Assembly (NCBI GenBank): GCA_017460515.1
Contig: JAFUAY010000022.1
Span: forward strand, 14,945 to 78,944
Direction: 5' to 3'
Source of the DNA: Prevotella sp.
Lineage (GTDB): Bacteria; Bacteroidota; Bacteroidia; Bacteroidales; Bacteroidaceae
DNA length: 64,000 nucleotides
In this document: positions 60,745 to 64,000 of the stretch, piece by piece
Layout of the letters: each line of letters starts with the position of its first letter
How positions within the stretch are numbered: position 1 is the stretch's first letter
Notes under the pieces: model-generated
Told to the model about the DNA's origin: nothing
Databases searched by the model: none
What the model saw: only the letters and a program-made list of their open reading frames with translations
Position numbers and translations under genes: made by a program

Positions 60745-63700
60745 TTGCTTGGATTTTCTAAGTAATACTCCTGAATTTTGCTTGAAAGAGACTGCAGGAC
60801 ACCTTTAATCGGGTAGAATGTTATGGCATCTTCGATTTGGTTATCCTTGTTACCAGACTCTTTGATAGAGAGTTCTATACCCTTGTCAAGGTAAGTTTCC
60901 AAATCCTTTGTACATTCTTCTTTTGCAATCTTCATAGTCACGTTGTCAACACCGAAATTATTGTCCAAATTGAATACTGATGGAATCTCTGTCAGCGCAA
61001 AATTGAAGAAGTTTTTGACTGTCTTCACGATTTCAGCCTTATGAGTATCAGAAATGGAAGCGTATGTGTCGTTGACACTTGCAAGTTTTCCAGAAGAATC
61101 ACGCAGGACGAGAGTTTCCGGTTCTTCCTCATAGGTTTCGATTGCAATCAAGCCACCCTTACAGGTGGACTCTTTGGGATTTGATCCTTGTTCCAAGCCA
61201 AGGATATCAAGGGCTGATTCATATTCTGTGCCAAGCACTTTCTCAAAGATCACCTTTGTGTATTTACCAAGAATCTTTGGATCGGATGAAATAATACTAA
61301 TAATCTTACTACCATTACCACTGAATGCAATGTGTCGTGGTGCTTTCAACCCCTTTGTCTTGACGATCTGTGCAATGTGATAGATGATTGCGGTATAGAA
61401 GATGATGAATACTAACTTAAATTTCGTGTCATTCTGCAAAATCTTGTTGAAGTCAATGTTGTTTTGGGCAAGACTCCTCGTAGCAGAATTGTCTTTCAGC
61501 GAGAATAGGAAGGAGGCCATGTTCGCAGGCTGCCCTAAGTTACTATTGAAAATATTGACAAGTTCGTTCAACTCTGGCTTCGATTGGAGAAGACCAAGAA
61601 TATCATTCTTAAACCAGTCCACGATACCATTATTCGGGTTAATATCGGAGAAAGAATCCTCAAAGAGAGAGTTTGCTGCGAATTTAAAAGAGGTGATATA
61701 TCCCACTTTTCCGTTAGATGAGAAAGCAATGTCTGTCGTTCCTCCACCAATATCAACATTTACAAGATTCGTTGCAGTCGCATATCTACGGAAGTAGAAC
61801 TGGATTGGAGCTACCGACTCGGAAATGTTTCTTGTAGCTCCATCCCGATTGAACAATTCTGAATACGAATCATTCCATGCATTCTTTAGCTGAGAAAGCC
61901 GACGTGGAGACATGCTATTCGGATAGAACCATGTGATTTTTGTTCGGGCAAGATTGCCGTTGTTGGCAATCACCTTGTTACGGATAATCATCATGATATT
62001 GCGTATGTATGCTTGCATAGCAGACTGGGCATTTGGTTTGCTACTCCATTTAATATTTACCATTGGTTTAGCATTATATGCAATACCTAATTTCTTATTG
62101 TAAGTTATATCGAAATTTATCAGACCAAATGTTCTCAATTTCTCTGTCCAATCAGTAGATTTAGCATATGACAAGGCAGTCCTAGTTGGGAAGGAGAAAT
62201 CAGATTCATCCCCAACTATGCTAGGAATGAAATCACGTACAATTAAGTCGTTTTCATCGATTAAATCCAAAGGAATGAGTTTTCCCTGTATTTCACGATA
62301 GGATTGTACGAAAAATGTTCCGAATAAAGCCTCAGATTCCTTATAGTTGAATGATTCTGAGCTGTTATTGTCAGCTTTCTTGAATTCAATGTGTGTATTA
62401 GATGTACCTAAGTCAATTGCAAATTCAAAATCTTCCAAATTTTGATGCATAAGGAAGTTGGGGATGATAACATTGCTTATTCCCCCCTTGTTGGAAACTC
62501 TAATAAAGTCAAAATTACTATTTTGGATAGTATAAGTTTCTGCCTTGAAATCGAAAAGGCCTCTTTCTTGATTTCTACAATCCACAGGTATATCGCGTAT
62601 AATATCACTCTCACGATAGAAATCGAATCGGAACTGATTGGAGAAAGTGCTAACGCATGATACGGTGTATATTGCATCCTCTTCGTTCTGGAACTTCATA
62701 CTTGGCATTACCAAACCTGTAAAGTCGAAGGTTGTCATACCTCCAGAATTCTGAGTTTCTGATACGTCAGCTTGGCGCTGTGCGTAGTAGATACGCTGAT
62801 ATTCGATATAGTTGATATTACCATTACCTGTGATAGGAATACGGATAATTACATTCACAGAGCCTCCTGCTACAGATTCCATTTCAAATGCAAGTTTCCC
62901 ATCTGACATTGTAGAATTCAATGTCTCTATAGAGAAATAACGGAAATACAAGGGCTTGATGGGGAGTAGGAATGATGTCATCTCTTCTACCTCATTCAAG
63001 TTCCCGTTAAAGAAATACTTTTTATTAAGGCTATGAGGAACTTTGACTATCGTGTCTTCAAGAAAATCGCTTATTGTAAGATACGAGTATACAGAGCCAT
63101 CATAAGGAAGTGTTCTTCTCTCAATATCTGCTATTGTTGGTTTATATGGTGCTCTGTTTGTATTACCCCATGCACCATTAGCATACTGAAGGTTTGAATA
63201 CTTGTTGCCAGATTCAACAGGGAGTACAAGGGGCTTGACTCCAACGGTACTACGCTCTGGGCGAATAGTGAACTCGTTTTCTATTTCTGCTTTTCCCTTT
63301 TTCTTAAACAAGACGGTTCCAAGCACTTCAACCTGGTTGCTTTGCTGATGTGTTTGAACATCTATCAAATCAAAGTCCTTCGCTGATGCCGACGTTATAG
63401 CATTTAATTTGTTCTTAATCTGTTGGTCAGAAATGGCTTTAAATGTCAGATTCAGATAGGACTCTATTTCAGGAAAGAGATTTGAGAAGGACGGAATTGT
63501 CTTTCGCAATGTCCACCATGCCTTAATATAATCAAAATCACGATTGTATAGGGCTACATAATCGCCATCGAAAGGACGGTCATTATTTGCAAAGAATATG
63601 TCTTGTATATATTCAAGGTTGTTAGCGCCACTAAAAAAGAGGGTAGCAGGAGAAGTAGCGCCAATAATATTTAGTTCGTCAGGACCTTTCGTGTAGTTAA

Positions 63701-64000
63701 GAAGATAGATGTTTTGCAATTGGCCGAAATTATATGTCTTAGCATCCGATTGCAAATATTTGTACAATGCGTCTGCAACATAGAAATGACTGACGTTGTT
63801 GTCATTTTTAAGTGCAGGTATCATTGACGATGGATCCCAAGTGATAATTTCTATTTTGTCCTTAAACTTGTCTATATTAAAGAATATCTCTCCAACATCC
63901 AAGGAATCAGACACCATCTTGTGAAAAATGGTATTACCATCCAGTTCTTTTATATCTTTAGTCGCTCTACGGCAAACTTCCCTGAATGCCGTTTTAACTA
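60741..64000 (-). CDS. Large actin/HSP70-superfamily ATPase (SrfB/FtsA-like); 5' end beyond the window
   Basis: AIDLGTSNTH (phosphate-1), ISESVAP (connect-1), VDIGGGTTD (phosphate-2), FSGNGSK (adenosine), NPKESTCKGGL (connect-2); frame stays open from 63917 to the window edge (VKTAFREVCRR...HKMVSDSLDV). Confidence 0.85.
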   Translation of the reverse strand, partial: VKTAFREVCRRATKDIKELDGNTIFHKMVSDSLDVGEIFFNIDKFKDKIEIITWDPSSMIPALKNDNNVSHFYVADALYKYLQSDAKTYNFGQLQNIYLLNYTKGPDELNIIGATSPATLFFSGANNLEYIQDIFFANNDRPFDGDYVALYNRDFDYIKAWWTLRKTIPSFSNLFPEIESYLNLTFKAISDQQIKNKLNAITSASAKDFDLIDVQTHQQSNQVEVLGTVLFKKKGKAEIENEFTIRPERSTVGVKPLVLPVESGNKYSNLQYANGAWGNTNRAPYKPTIADIERRTLPYDGSVYSYLTISDFLEDTIVKVPHSLNKKYFFNGNLNEVEEMTSFLLPIKPLYFRYFSIETLNSTMSDGKLAFEMESVAGGSVNVIIRIPITGNGNINYIEYQRIYYAQRQADVSETQNSGGMTTFDFTGLVMPSMKFQNEEDAIYTVSCVSTFSNQFRFDFYRESDIIRDIPVDCRNQERGLFDFKAETYTIQNSNFDFIRVSNKGGISNVIIPNFLMHQNLEDFEFAIDLGTSNTHIEFKKADNNSSESFNYKESEALFGTFFVQSYREIQGKLIPLDLIDENDLIVRDFIPSIVGDESDFSFPTRTALSYAKSTDWTEKLRTFGLINFDITYNKKLGIAYNAKPMVNIKWSSKPNAQSAMQAYIRNIMMIIRNKVIANNGNLARTKITWFYPNSMSPRRLSQLKNAWNDSYSELFNRDGATRNISESVAPIQFYFRRYATATNLVNVDIGGGTTDIAFSSNGKVGYITSFKFAANSLFEDSFSDINPNNGIVDWFKNDILGLLQSKPELNELVNIFNSNLGQPANMASFLFSLKDNSATRSLAQNNIDFNKILQNDTKFKLVFIIFYTAIIYHIAQIVKTKGLKAPRHIAFSGNGSKIISIISSDPKILGKYTKVIFEKVLGTEYESALDILGLEQGSNPKESTCKGGLIAIETYEEEPETLVLRDSSGKLASVNDTYASISDTHKAEIVKTVKNFFNFALTEIPSVFNLDNNFGVDNVTMKIAKEECTKDLETYLDKGIELSIKESGNKDNQIEDAITFYPIKGVLQSLSSKIQEYYLENPSK

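Larger units (their letters stand above)
48997..64000 (-). mobile_element. AT-richer accessory/genomic island (no integrase visible; right end outside the window)
   Basis: Visible shift to AT-rich codon usage after about 50.3 kb, strongest beyond 57 kb; all genes on the minus strand; hypothetical and defence-like content; truncated gene at the left junction. Confidence 0.55.

Noticed and set aside
60741-64000. Housekeeping DnaK or FtsA
   Set aside because: Far too long, no DnaK substrate-binding domain evident, located in an AT-rich island rather than a dcw or heat-shock locus

Overview
A 64-kb chromosomal window from a Bacteroidales bacterium, most likely Prevotella or a close relative. The evidence is TAnnTTTG -7 / TTTG -33 promoters, A-rich translation starts without SD sequences, Prevotella-type short repeats and typical gene content. 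Positions 1-49 kb are mostly core genome: guaA, an AmgK-RapZ/MurU-like pair, murB, ruvX-def, groES-groEL, tRNA-Gln, rsfS-ftsH-cdsA-surE-lpxB, asnA, alaS, dacB, nadB and luxS. Interspersed are secreted proteases (C10, S41, S37/S28), a DUF4450 glycoside hydrolase and an ABCG-type transporter. From about 49 kb to the end is a visibly AT-richer accessory island, all on the minus strand, that begins with a truncated AAA-ATPase gene. Best candidate for an undescribed system (56089-64000): a tightly coupled operon encoding a large actin/HSP70-fold ATPase, a lipoprotein with an internal TM helix, a ZorA/MotA-like protein with a long helical tail, a ZorB/MotB-like OmpA-domain protein, a lipoprotein retropepsin and a lipoprotein DNA/RNA endonuclease. 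This is a Zorya-like ZorAB motor with no canonical ZorC/D/E visible in the window, followed by a CD225/IFITM + DUF2752 pair and a membrane-tethered regulator + vWA module. Second highlight: two unannotated intergenic small-RNA candidates with their own promoter and terminator. One (18161-18254, minus) is complementary to the translation-initiation region of the neighbouring glycoside hydrolase gene. All family assignments come from motif recognition by eye; no database search was run.
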